Shown here piece by piece: positions 28,801-37,564 of a DNA stretch of 64,000 bases. Source of the stretch: Candidatus Gottesmanbacteria bacterium UBA6580 (GTDB lineage Bacteria > Patescibacteriota > Microgenomatia > UBA10105 > UBA927). The stretch's first letter is position 1. Each line of letters opens with the position of its first letter. The stretch lies in NCBI GenBank assembly GCA_002433895.1, contig DJJA01000001.1, forward strand, positions 15,438-79,437. Direction: 5' to 3'. Made by a program: the position numbers and the translations under genes. A model generated the notes under the pieces. It worked only from the letters and a program-made list of their open reading frames with translations, made no database searches and was not told where the DNA came from.

Positions 28801-29815
28801 GGATAATCCGCCCCAAAAAGGCACCAGCAAAAATAAAGCAATATAAAACGAGCCCGGTTACAAAACTCCGCATCATAAATACCCACCCTTTTTCATGGTA
28901 CACAAACAATAAAAATTTCGACGTCAGCAATACATGCATAAGTAGCGTACCGATAAATATACCCCCCATTATTTGCACCGGAAGCGTCAATTGTCCGAGC
29001 GTGCTTAATAAGGCGATAGCAGTGATACTTCCCAAAACAAGCACACCCACGCCGGAAAGCGTGGTGAGCGCCTCCTGAAGTGTCGTGGCAACCGGATCAA
29101 ACCGTTTCCGCCTCGCGTATAATTTTGTCCAATAATACGCACGGAGAAAATATTTTTTAGCAATCGGAAAAAATCCCTCAAATTCATGCCGCACCCGCAC
29201 TTGTGGTGCAAAAATAATCGCGTAACGGCGGGCAATCCGGTAAGTCAACTCAATATCTTCAACCAATGGCGCCGGATACGTTTGATCAAAACCTCCCAAA
29301 CGGTCAAATACCACCTTCTTTATTGCGGCAATTCGCGTAGAAAATAGAAAATAGTAACCACTTTTGTCACGCTCATTTATCCAATAACTCCAATCCCTGA
29401 GTGCTTTAAAATTCGGGAAAAAATCTTTTGACTTTTGCTCCTTCACCCATACACCGGTAAGTGCGACGACATCAGGGTCATCACCAAATACCTTTGCTAT
29501 TTCGTACAAGGTGTCCGGAAATACCTCCACGTCACCGTCCAAAAATACAACAAACTCACCCCGGGCTGCGGCCACCCCCCTATTTCGTGCGACCGCCGGA
29601 CCCTTATTTGTTTTTAACGAAACAATCCGTGTGCGCTTTTTTAGTTCTCTTGTTACCGGCACATTGCTTCCTGTTAACGGCTGTCTCGACCCATCATCCA
29701 CCACGACAATCTCATATGGCGGTGCCTTTTTACTTTTGCCAATGGTTGCCAATAACCTCGACAACTTTTCCGGCGCGTTGCAGTACGGAATAATGACTGA
29801 TAAATAGGGTTTCAT
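28787..29815 (-). CDS. GT2 glycosyltransferase with C-terminal transmembrane region
   Basis: LSVIIPYCNAPEKL...EIVVVDDGS...GEFVVFLDGDVE, plus three or four C-terminal TM helices. Confidence 0.75.
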   Translation of the reverse strand: MKPYLSVIIPYCNAPEKLSRLLATIGKSKKAPPYEIVVVDDGSRQPLTGSNVPVTRELKKRTRIVSLKTNKGPAVARNRGVAAARGEFVVFLDGDVEVFPDTLYEIAKVFGDDPDVVALTGVWVKEQKSKDFFPNFKALRDWSYWINERDKSGYYFLFSTRIAAIKKVVFDRLGGFDQTYPAPLVEDIELTYRIARRYAIIFAPQVRVRHEFEGFFPIAKKYFLRAYYWTKLYARRKRFDPVATTLQEALTTLSGVGVLVLGSITAIALLSTLGQLTLPVQIMGGIFIGTLLMHVLLTSKFLLFVYHEKGWVFMMRSFVTGLVLYCFIFAGAFLGRIIHGRT

Positions 29816-29831
29816 GACAAATCCCTCGGAC

Positions 29832-30974
29832 TTAAAGCGCTTTCAGTGCTTTTTGGGCAGTGGCGACAACAAAGGCAATTTCACTTTCTTTCATACCTGC
29901 GTATATAGGCATACGTACAAGCGTGGCGGCCACATCATCCGTCACTGGTAAACGGCGCTTCCCTCCTCCGAGCGTAATTCCCATCGGAGATGAATGAAGC
30001 GGGACATAATGGGTGCTCACCTCAATATCTTTTTCCCTCATTGCGGTAACAAACTTTTTCCGCATGTCCACGGATGGGAATTTTAACGCGTATATGTGCC
30101 AGTTTGGTTGCGTCATCCCTTGCGGTATAACCGGTAACTGCACCTTATCCGCAAATGATGCAAAAGATTTGGTATACTGCGATGCTATTTGATTTCTATC
30201 TTTATTTATTTTATCAATTTGATCTAGTTGTATATTAATAAGGTTTGCAAATATATCAGACAGGAAATAACTACTACCTTCTCCTACCCATTGATAGATA
30301 GATACTTTCCCCTGCAAAAATGCCTGGCGGTCAGTACCGATGGCACGGAATATTTCCAACCGTTCGGCTAACCAAGCGTCGTTGGTGACAATTGCGCCAC
30401 CCTCACCACACGCAATATTTTTGGTGCCATGAAAACTAAATGCGCCGGCTATCCCGAATGTCCCCAAGTGTTTACGTTTGTAAAACGACCCAACACAATG
30501 CGCGGCATCTTCTGCCACCCATAGTTTATGCTTCCTTGCCACATCCATGAGCGCGTCAAAATGGGAGCCTGCCATACCGGCATAATGAACTGTCATAATA
30601 CCCACGGTTTTTGAGGTAATCTTTTTTTCGACATCAGCAGGATCAAGCGAAAACGTTATGGGGTCAATATCAGCAAATACGGGTCGCGCACCCCGGATCA
30701 TGACCGCAGTCGCGGTGGATGCAAGCGTAAATGAAGGAACAATAACTTCATCGCCTTTTTTTGCTCCCACACTTGCCACTATAGCTTCCATCGCGTGCGT
30801 ACAGCTTGTGACGGGAAGCGCGGTTGCCGCTCCGGTCAGCACGGCAAACTTCTTACGCATGATTGCGCTATACGGACCGTCAGCGGTGCCTGCGCCAGTA
30901 CGCATCGCGGCGATGACGGCGTTTTCTGCTTTTTTACCCCAAAACGGTTTATGGAGCGGTATTTTCATTACCAC
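29832..30974 (-). CDS. DegT/DnrJ/EryC1/StrS-family PLP-dependent sugar aminotransferase
   Basis: FSFHGTKNIACGEGGAIVTND contains the PLP-binding Lys. AEDAAHCVGSFYKRKHLGTFG and the overall WecE/ArnB/PglE-like layout are present. Confidence 0.9.
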   Translation of the reverse strand: MVMKIPLHKPFWGKKAENAVIAAMRTGAGTADGPYSAIMRKKFAVLTGAATALPVTSCTHAMEAIVASVGAKKGDEVIVPSFTLASTATAVMIRGARPVFADIDPITFSLDPADVEKKITSKTVGIMTVHYAGMAGSHFDALMDVARKHKLWVAEDAAHCVGSFYKRKHLGTFGIAGAFSFHGTKNIACGEGGAIVTNDAWLAERLEIFRAIGTDRQAFLQGKVSIYQWVGEGSSYFLSDIFANLINIQLDQIDKINKDRNQIASQYTKSFASFADKVQLPVIPQGMTQPNWHIYALKFPSVDMRKKFVTAMREKDIEVSTHYVPLHSSPMGITLGGGKRRLPVTDDVAATLVRMPIYAGMKESEIAFVVATAQKALKAL

Positions 30975-31037
30975 AAATCATACTCAAGTGCCCACTATTT
31001 GACAAGTGACGCATGATCAGCTCAACATAAACAATAT

Positions 31038-31439
31038 ATGCCGATAAGCGCCGACCTGGAGGTCACATACAAATCCGTCAATATACCCATAACAGTATGG
31101 ATGGAAGTGCCAAGCGAAGAAATAAGAAAGCTGATGAAATGGCCTAAAGAAAAAAAGGTGCTCGCAGTGCGGGTGCCTAACACGTTTAAGGAAGGATACA
31201 TTCACTACCTTACAAAAAATAAACACGCCATGAGCCTTGGACACGAAGATTATAAAGCCACCATTACCGCGCTCACCACAAAATATCAACAATCTGCCCG
31301 GACTATCTTGGGTCAACTCGCCAAAGGCGTGCCGCTCACCCTCGATTACGCAACACCGCTCCCATATCTTGATAATACCCGGGGGCCACTCCAGGAACCT
31401 CTCATCGTGTCCAAGGGAAAGGTAAAACGGAAGAAATAA
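31038..31439 (+). CDS. Small basic hypothetical protein, antisense to the flanking minus-strand operon
   Basis: Fills a 469-bp gap between the DegT and LbH genes. Composition is protein-like and Lys-rich, with a SKGKVKRKK tail. The competing minus-strand ORF 31017..31316 is Phe/Cys/His-rich and looks like junk. Confidence 0.45.
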   Translation: MPISADLEVTYKSVNIPITVWMEVPSEEIRKLMKWPKEKKVLAVRVPNTFKEGYIHYLTKNKHAMSLGHEDYKATITALTTKYQQSARTILGQLAKGVPLTLDYATPLPYLDNTRGPLQEPLIVSKGKVKRKK

Positions 31440-31443
31440 CCTG

Positions 31444-31980
31444 CTATCGCAGCTTTTTCAGGATTTTTGCTGGTACACCAACGACAACGGTTCCTTTGGC
31501 AACATCTCTGGTAACGACCGCGCCGGCTCCCACGATGCTTCGTTCACCAACGGTTACCCCAGGCAAAATGATAGCTCCAGTACCCACATATGCCCCTCGT
31601 TTAAAAAGAACCGGTGATTCGCGGGTCGGATACACTTCCTGCAGCGGATGATCCGCAAATCCGACATTTATATGAGAAACAATATTCGTTCTGTTTGAAA
31701 TCGTCACGTCATCTTCAAGCGTCACGCCGCCCCGCACATCAACCATAACGCCATCACCCAAAAAGCACCGGTTCCCGATGGATAACCGGGAAAATCCGTA
31801 GTGATACACATTCACAAACTGCACATCAAATAACACACTATCACGGCCAATAGAAGCGCCTGCTAACCGAAGCAACCACACACGCACCGGTGGCAACGCT
31901 ATGTGTAAAAACCAGGCATACACGCCAAACAAAACAAACCGTACCGCTTTCATGAGTCCGATAGATTGGAATGCTTTCAT
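31444..31980 (-). CDS. Hexapeptide-repeat (LbH) sugar acetyltransferase (WbbJ/PglD-like)
   Basis: Left-handed beta-helix hexapeptide repeats (GAYVGTGAIILPGVTVGERSIVGAGAVVTRDV). Its start lies 1 nt after the stop of the upstream GT2. Confidence 0.8.
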   Translation of the reverse strand: MKAFQSIGLMKAVRFVLFGVYAWFLHIALPPVRVWLLRLAGASIGRDSVLFDVQFVNVYHYGFSRLSIGNRCFLGDGVMVDVRGGVTLEDDVTISNRTNIVSHINVGFADHPLQEVYPTRESPVLFKRGAYVGTGAIILPGVTVGERSIVGAGAVVTRDVAKGTVVVGVPAKILKKLR

Positions 31981-31981
31981 A

Positions 31982-32719
31982 TTATGAACTCTTGAGCCTG
32001 CCTCTCAGTGCCCATAACTGTATCATGTAATCGACAGTATCTTTGATGATATTCACTGATGAAATCTTGTCAAAACGCCGCAAAAACAATACCGGCTCCT
32101 CAGCAATGCGAAGTCCGTGGCGCATGGCGTACACCATAACTTCCGTATCCCAAAACCAACCTTTGTGCTGAACATCTTGGAGCACCGGAAGGATTTTTTT
32201 CCGGTGAAAAAATTTATATCCTGTCTCCGTATCCATCCCACCGGTACCAATGAGCTTGTTGGACAACCACTGGTATCCGCGGCTCAACACCTCCCGCACT
32301 ACCGCCCGCGGACTCGTACGGTAAAAGCGACGCCCGATGACCACGTCTGCCTGATTTTTTAGGATGCGCGACACCATTGAGGGGATATACACCGGCGACA
32401 CTTCACAATCGATATCAATATACCCGGTCACTGTACCACGGGATGCTTTCAGCCCGTCAGCCACGGTCTGGCCTCGGCCGGAATTTACTGTGTGATAGAT
32501 TGCCCGGATGTTTTTATGCGCCTTGCAGTAGTCCCGTATGAGACGTGCAGTGCCATCTTTGCTATGGTCGTCAACAAATATCATTTCGTACGAATACCGG
32601 CTGTTTTCCAACACATCCCGTATACGGGCCACACTCTCACGAAACAGCCCTTCTTCGTTATAACAAGGCAATACGATAGTTAATTGAGGGGATAAATGCT
32701 TCACTCTGTCGCTCATCAT
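31982..32719 (-). CDS. Polyprenol-phosphate hexosyltransferase-like GT2 (DPM1/GtrB-like)
   Basis: LTIVLPCYNEEGLF...EMIFVDDHSKDGT...GYIDIDCEV. Confidence 0.85.
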   Translation of the reverse strand: MMSDRVKHLSPQLTIVLPCYNEEGLFRESVARIRDVLENSRYSYEMIFVDDHSKDGTARLIRDYCKAHKNIRAIYHTVNSGRGQTVADGLKASRGTVTGYIDIDCEVSPVYIPSMVSRILKNQADVVIGRRFYRTSPRAVVREVLSRGYQWLSNKLIGTGGMDTETGYKFFHRKKILPVLQDVQHKGWFWDTEVMVYAMRHGLRIAEEPVLFLRRFDKISSVNIIKDTVDYMIQLWALRGRLKSS

Positions 32720-32753
32720 ATCAGTCGTTTATAAACGCCGCAACAACACCGTT

Positions 32754-34280
32754 TCACTTTTTTCGAACGAGCAGCCCGGTAATCCCTTTATATGGCACAA
32801 AATGTACGGATATGTACTGGCGGTCAGCCTCTGACAAAGTCCCAAGCCGTCCAAGACGCCCTTCATAAATATACTGGGTATCTGTTTGTTCAAGCGAAGC
32901 TGCAAGGCTGGGTAACGGCCGGGACAAATACGGTGCCCACTGACCAAATGGCACACAACAAACGGGATATGGATCCTTAAAATATATCGTTGACCCGACC
33001 ATATCCAAGACATACGCGTTGTATGGGATGACCGCAAGCGCCTCGGCTAATAGAGCAGCGTCTGCCTCATTGGTCAGTACCAATTTTTGATTGTGTATGT
33101 CACGTGATATCGTTATCATCCCTGATAACAAAAGAATGCTTCCGGTGATAAAAACGGCGGCACCCATACGGAACCGCCCGCACATATTCCGAACCACATC
33201 CAGTGCGTCTGCCGCATAAAACGCAACGAATACCGCGATAGGAATAAGATACTGTGCGTGACGTAACGGATAGCCATACAAAAACGTAATAATATGAGAC
33301 ATCATAGAGCAGGCAAGCAACAATTCTATCCATACTCCTTTCCTGCCATGCGCCAAAAACGGTGTAAAAAGCCGGATACTTCCCGCCATAAGCCCGATGA
33401 ACCAAACAGCATGATTTGCAATTACTGGGGGTGCCCAACCGGGCCGGCCGTAGTAGGTTGCATTGGGATAAAAAAACAAATCCGGCTGCATACCAAACAA
33501 TGTGCCTATACGGTTTACTTCAAACGGCAGGGTTCCCAATGAATACACGATTGTTCCCATAAAATTCCCGCCACCTGATACCCATATGATCCAGAGAAAG
33601 AATAACAGGAGCGGAACGGATCCCCCCACGATACACAGGGCCATAGCGCGCAACCGGGACTCTCTATGCTTCTTTTCCCAAAATGCCCATAACAGCGTAA
33701 TAATTCCGGCAACCGCCACCTGCGGCACAGACTTCGGAAGTATCAGCACAGACGCAATGTACCAAAATCCAGCCCATACCCATGGCGCTCGGCCTGTGCC
33801 ACGCATCCCATCAATCTGAAATAATAATCCCAAAAAAGTAAACACTACTGCCAAATTATCTGGCCGTATTTCCAATAGTTTATCCGCAGGCAACGGGAGA
33901 AACACAAGAAAAATCCCTACCCAAACCGCCATCCATGACCGCCGTACACGCCAAAACAGCAGCATAACAACACCCACCATTGTCACAAAAATACCAAATG
34001 CAACAACACGCCCAACGAATAACGGCATTGTTCCCTGAAAAAATAGATATATTGGCGCGAGAATATACAAAAATCCGGGCGGCACGTATAGCAAAAAATC
34101 ACGGTATGGCATGACACCGGAAAATACATTATGCGCCCAATGAAGATACGCTAATTCATCTGCGTCAAAATACCGGATGAGCGAGAGCGAAAACCTGTCG
34201 GAAAGCAATAGCACCAGTACGCCAAACGAAATGAGGCTAAAGAGCTGAGAAAGCGACACTCGAAATTGTTTTAGTTGCAT
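32754..34280 (-). CDS. GT-C membrane glycosyltransferase, ArnT/PMT-like. Start at MQLKQ; the track ORF extends to 34430.
   Basis: YFDADELAYLHWAHNVFSGVMPYRDFLLYVPPGFLY matches the GT39/83 DE-motif loop. The 34430 start would overlap the divergent gene at 34306 by 125 nt. An ATG at 34280 leaves a 25-bp divergent spacer. Confidence 0.7.
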   Translation of the reverse strand: MQLKQFRVSLSQLFSLISFGVLVLLLSDRFSLSLIRYFDADELAYLHWAHNVFSGVMPYRDFLLYVPPGFLYILAPIYLFFQGTMPLFVGRVVAFGIFVTMVGVVMLLFWRVRRSWMAVWVGIFLVFLPLPADKLLEIRPDNLAVVFTFLGLLFQIDGMRGTGRAPWVWAGFWYIASVLILPKSVPQVAVAGIITLLWAFWEKKHRESRLRAMALCIVGGSVPLLLFFLWIIWVSGGGNFMGTIVYSLGTLPFEVNRIGTLFGMQPDLFFYPNATYYGRPGWAPPVIANHAVWFIGLMAGSIRLFTPFLAHGRKGVWIELLLACSMMSHIITFLYGYPLRHAQYLIPIAVFVAFYAADALDVVRNMCGRFRMGAAVFITGSILLLSGMITISRDIHNQKLVLTNEADAALLAEALAVIPYNAYVLDMVGSTIYFKDPYPVCCVPFGQWAPYLSRPLPSLAASLEQTDTQYIYEGRLGRLGTLSEADRQYISVHFVPYKGITGLLVRKK

Positions 34281-34305
34281 GGGATAATGACACCATTGTG
34301 ACACA

Positions 34306-35919
34306 ATGAAAAAAATATCTCGAGAGTCCCTCACCGCCGCCAGCATAGGATTTGCCATACTGATCGCGAACTCATGGCATGTCATCACGGAGGGCATCAA
34401 AAACAAGCCAGAAGAATTATTTGCCGGCATAGCGCATTATTTTGCAGATTATTTCCTCTACGTTTCCCACATACTTCAGGGAGCAAATGGCGCGTGGCTA
34501 TTTACCAAGCATATGTACACCAATGAACCCATGCCGCCGACATGGATTTATTGGCTGTATACAATTCTTGGAAAAGTCGGCAATCTCGGTATTGATCCGT
34601 TTATGGTATATAACGGAAGCCTATTTTTCTTTGCGGCTATCCTCCTCTCCCTTTGGTGGCGGCTCATACCAGTAATTTTGCCAAAACAAACGCCATTTAT
34701 CCGTCTCATCACATTCATCTTTATCATCACGGCGTCTAATTTTCCGGGGTTGGGGGAATTTTGGTTTTCCCCTACCCCAGCGCTCAATCGCTTGGGGGGA
34801 GTACCCCACCAATTATTTCAAACGCTATTGCTTTTACTCGTTTTGTGGATTTTTTCCACACATATCACGTCATTTCATAAAAATCCGGTAGTACCGCGGA
34901 TCCTCCGGCTGCTCCTGCTTGCAATCTGTTCATTCCTTGCCGCTACCGCAACACCCATACAAATGCTGCTGGTAAATAGCGCTGCATTTGTATTTCTCGT
35001 GGCTACTATACGGAAAGAAAAAATAGGACAATACGCACTACTCGGCCTTGCCTTGGCTATACCGTCGCTCATCGGAGCACTCCTTACCAATGCAGAATTT
35101 GCACGGCAACCAATTCTTTCGAGTGCAAAATTATGGGAAGATAGCCAACCCGTCTCTGTAAGCATCTGGCAATTTATTCTGGCGGTCGGACCCATCAGCT
35201 TACTTATCCCCTTTGGCATACGGGCATTTTTCCCAAAATATACACCTCTGGGCGCACTGTTGGGTATCTTTGGCACGCTTTCGATGATCGTATTTTTCAG
35301 TCCAATTCCGAAACTTCTTGGCACAACACCTGTCCGGTGGCTCTCTCCCACGTCATTTACAATCCTTCCGGTTATTGCCGCGATGGGATTTGCCCAGATT
35401 ACCCAGGTAATCCAAAAAGCTATCCCGCGCGCGTTCCAACGGCTACCCGTGGGTATGCTTTTACTTGTCATCTACCTTGTTTTCACTATCCCAGCGATCC
35501 TTACCCAGATACAAGCAAGGACACTCCCTCTCACGACTGACACCACCATGCAGCAACTCAATCACATTCCTTATCCTATGATGAAAGCGTTTATGTTCCT
35601 TCAAAACACGGCTCACGATGACAATCTCGTTCTGACTGACCCAGCACTCCCCTATGACGCGCTCGTGCCCATTCTGACGGGACTTCGTTCGTTCACTGGG
35701 CACCCTGTCCACACCCTCTATCCGCAAACAAAACAGCACTTACGGAATACGTTTTTTTCAGGATCAATGAGCGAAACCCAGGCGCGCCAGTTTATCAAAG
35801 ATCACGCGATCTCCCACGTGTTTATTTCTCGGAATACGTCGACAGCCATCCCGCGCTATTCATTTCTGTCGCGCGTATTTCACAATGAAATTGCGGACAT
35901 TTATGCTATCAGCAACTAA
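34306..35919 (+). CDS. Polytopic membrane protein, paralogue A of a three-member family (GT-C-like)
   Basis: About 14 TM helices. N-terminal loop motif HYFADYFLYVSHILQGANGAWLFTKHMYTNEP is shared with the genes at 39580..41253 and 43327..44874. Confidence 0.7.
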   Translation: MKKISRESLTAASIGFAILIANSWHVITEGIKNKPEELFAGIAHYFADYFLYVSHILQGANGAWLFTKHMYTNEPMPPTWIYWLYTILGKVGNLGIDPFMVYNGSLFFFAAILLSLWWRLIPVILPKQTPFIRLITFIFIITASNFPGLGEFWFSPTPALNRLGGVPHQLFQTLLLLLVLWIFSTHITSFHKNPVVPRILRLLLLAICSFLAATATPIQMLLVNSAAFVFLVATIRKEKIGQYALLGLALAIPSLIGALLTNAEFARQPILSSAKLWEDSQPVSVSIWQFILAVGPISLLIPFGIRAFFPKYTPLGALLGIFGTLSMIVFFSPIPKLLGTTPVRWLSPTSFTILPVIAAMGFAQITQVIQKAIPRAFQRLPVGMLLLVIYLVFTIPAILTQIQARTLPLTTDTTMQQLNHIPYPMMKAFMFLQNTAHDDNLVLTDPALPYDALVPILTGLRSFTGHPVHTLYPQTKQHLRNTFFSGSMSETQARQFIKDHAISHVFISRNTSTAIPRYSFLSRVFHNEIADIYAISN

Positions 35920-37564
35920 CAACCCCACGCGCATACTTGCCAGACTTGCCCCACGCGCGGGCATCGTCATAGCACTGGTTTTCCTCCTGGTGCACCTTAT
36001 CGTTATCAACGATTACGGCTTTACGTGGGATTTTCATTTCCATTTTTTTGGGGGCGGAAAACTCCTGGGTTACGAGCCGCAACAGCTTGAGCCGCGTAAT
36101 CTCCCGTTTGTTGAACCTGACCCCCGGCGCGCCTGGACACTTCCCTACGGCGCGCTTATGAGTATTCCTCCGGTAGCGTCCTATTTGTTGCTCCACAACT
36201 CACTCGCTATTCTTCCTGCTGACAGCGCCTACCACCTTCCGGTTATCGTATGGGGCGTTATTGGGATATTTGTACTTTTTACGTTTATAAAAGAGGCAAT
36301 ACACTTCCGCGCCGCAGGCATGAGCGCGTTATTTTTGGCGGTCACTCCCCGCTTTTTTGGCGACCTGCACAACAATATGAAAGATGTTCCTTCCGCGGTC
36401 ATTTTTGCCATCAATATATGGCTCCTATGGCGGCTTGTCACGCGTCAACGGATCATCGATGTGTGGTGGGCTGTCATCGCGTTTGCGGTGGCGTTTAATA
36501 TAAAAATAAACAGCGTCTTTATCCCTATCGTTTTTGCAGCATGGCTCGGTATCTTATGGTTATTCCGCAGCCACAAGACAGCTATCGCCTCTCCACGGCT
36601 ATTCCTGTATTTTCTTGCGGCACCAATCGCAGCGTTTCTTTTATGGTGGACGTTTTGGCCAAACCCAATAGGCCAGCTTCAACACGCTTTTCTTACTTTT
36701 GGGATTGGAACAAATAATATCGAAGTGTTATTGGATGGCAAATGGTACTGCTCCGGATCAACAGTGCCATGGTATTACCCATTTTGGTACCTCACCATCA
36801 CCACCCCGCTCGTCATCACTTTTTCAGGCATCATCGGCTCATTTTTCCTTATCACGCAAAAAAAATACCGCCCTATCGGCATACTCCTGGTGTTATGGCT
36901 ATGTGTGCCCCTCACCAGGTATCTTGTACCGAATATCGGAGTAATAGACGGTATCCGTCATTTCGAAGAGGTGCTTTTCCCGATTGCGGCTCTTGCCGGC
37001 ATCGGCTTCAGTGAAGCATATGGTTTTATCAAAAAACGCAGCAGCCGGCTCGTTGCGCTTACCCTCCTTATCCTCACCGTGAGTCATCTGCTGTTTACGA
37101 TATACCGGTATCATCCTTATCAAATAAGTTACTTTAACGAACTTGTCGGCGGCGCGAAAGGCGCTATGGGCAAATATGATCTGGATTACTGGGGCACGAG
37201 CCAAAAAGCAGCCGTCCTATGGGTAAACGATCACGCGCCACAAAACGCGAAGGTGCATATCGTTATGTCTGCGGCAGTCGCGGCACAATATCTCCGCCCG
37301 GATTTACTCAAAAATCTCAATGTATACGGGTATGACGAGTCGGACTTCGTTATCCTTCTCAACCGCCAATCGTTCTTTTACCGGTTCTTTTATGCGTACG
37401 AGTATCTGCTCCACCACAAACCAGCACACACCATTGCCGTACACGGCGCACCGCTTACCTGGATATTTGATAACCGCACCAATAATCAAACTCCCCGTCA
37501 AACCCCCTGGTGGCAAGGTGAGGACCCCTGCATCATCCAATATTGGAAAGGTCAGCGCCCGTAG
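35885..37564 (+). CDS. GT-C-like polytopic membrane glycosyltransferase
   Basis: About 12 TM helices. First loop DYGFTWDFHFHFFGGGKLLG. An alternative start at 35900 is possible. Confidence 0.65.
   Translation: MKLRTFMLSATNNPTRILARLAPRAGIVIALVFLLVHLIVINDYGFTWDFHFHFFGGGKLLGYEPQQLEPRNLPFVEPDPRRAWTLPYGALMSIPPVASYLLLHNSLAILPADSAYHLPVIVWGVIGIFVLFTFIKEAIHFRAAGMSALFLAVTPRFFGDLHNNMKDVPSAVIFAINIWLLWRLVTRQRIIDVWWAVIAFAVAFNIKINSVFIPIVFAAWLGILWLFRSHKTAIASPRLFLYFLAAPIAAFLLWWTFWPNPIGQLQHAFLTFGIGTNNIEVLLDGKWYCSGSTVPWYYPFWYLTITTPLVITFSGIIGSFFLITQKKYRPIGILLVLWLCVPLTRYLVPNIGVIDGIRHFEEVLFPIAALAGIGFSEAYGFIKKRSSRLVALTLLILTVSHLLFTIYRYHPYQISYFNELVGGAKGAMGKYDLDYWGTSQKAAVLWVNDHAPQNAKVHIVMSAAVAAQYLRPDLLKNLNVYGYDESDFVILLNRQSFFYRFFYAYEYLLHHKPAHTIAVHGAPLTWIFDNRTNNQTPRQTPWWQGEDPCIIQYWKGQRP

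Noticed and set aside
31017-31316. 99-aa minus-strand ORF in the DegT–LbH gap
   Set aside because: Phe/Cys/His-rich composition. The opposite-strand 133-aa ORF is far more protein-like.
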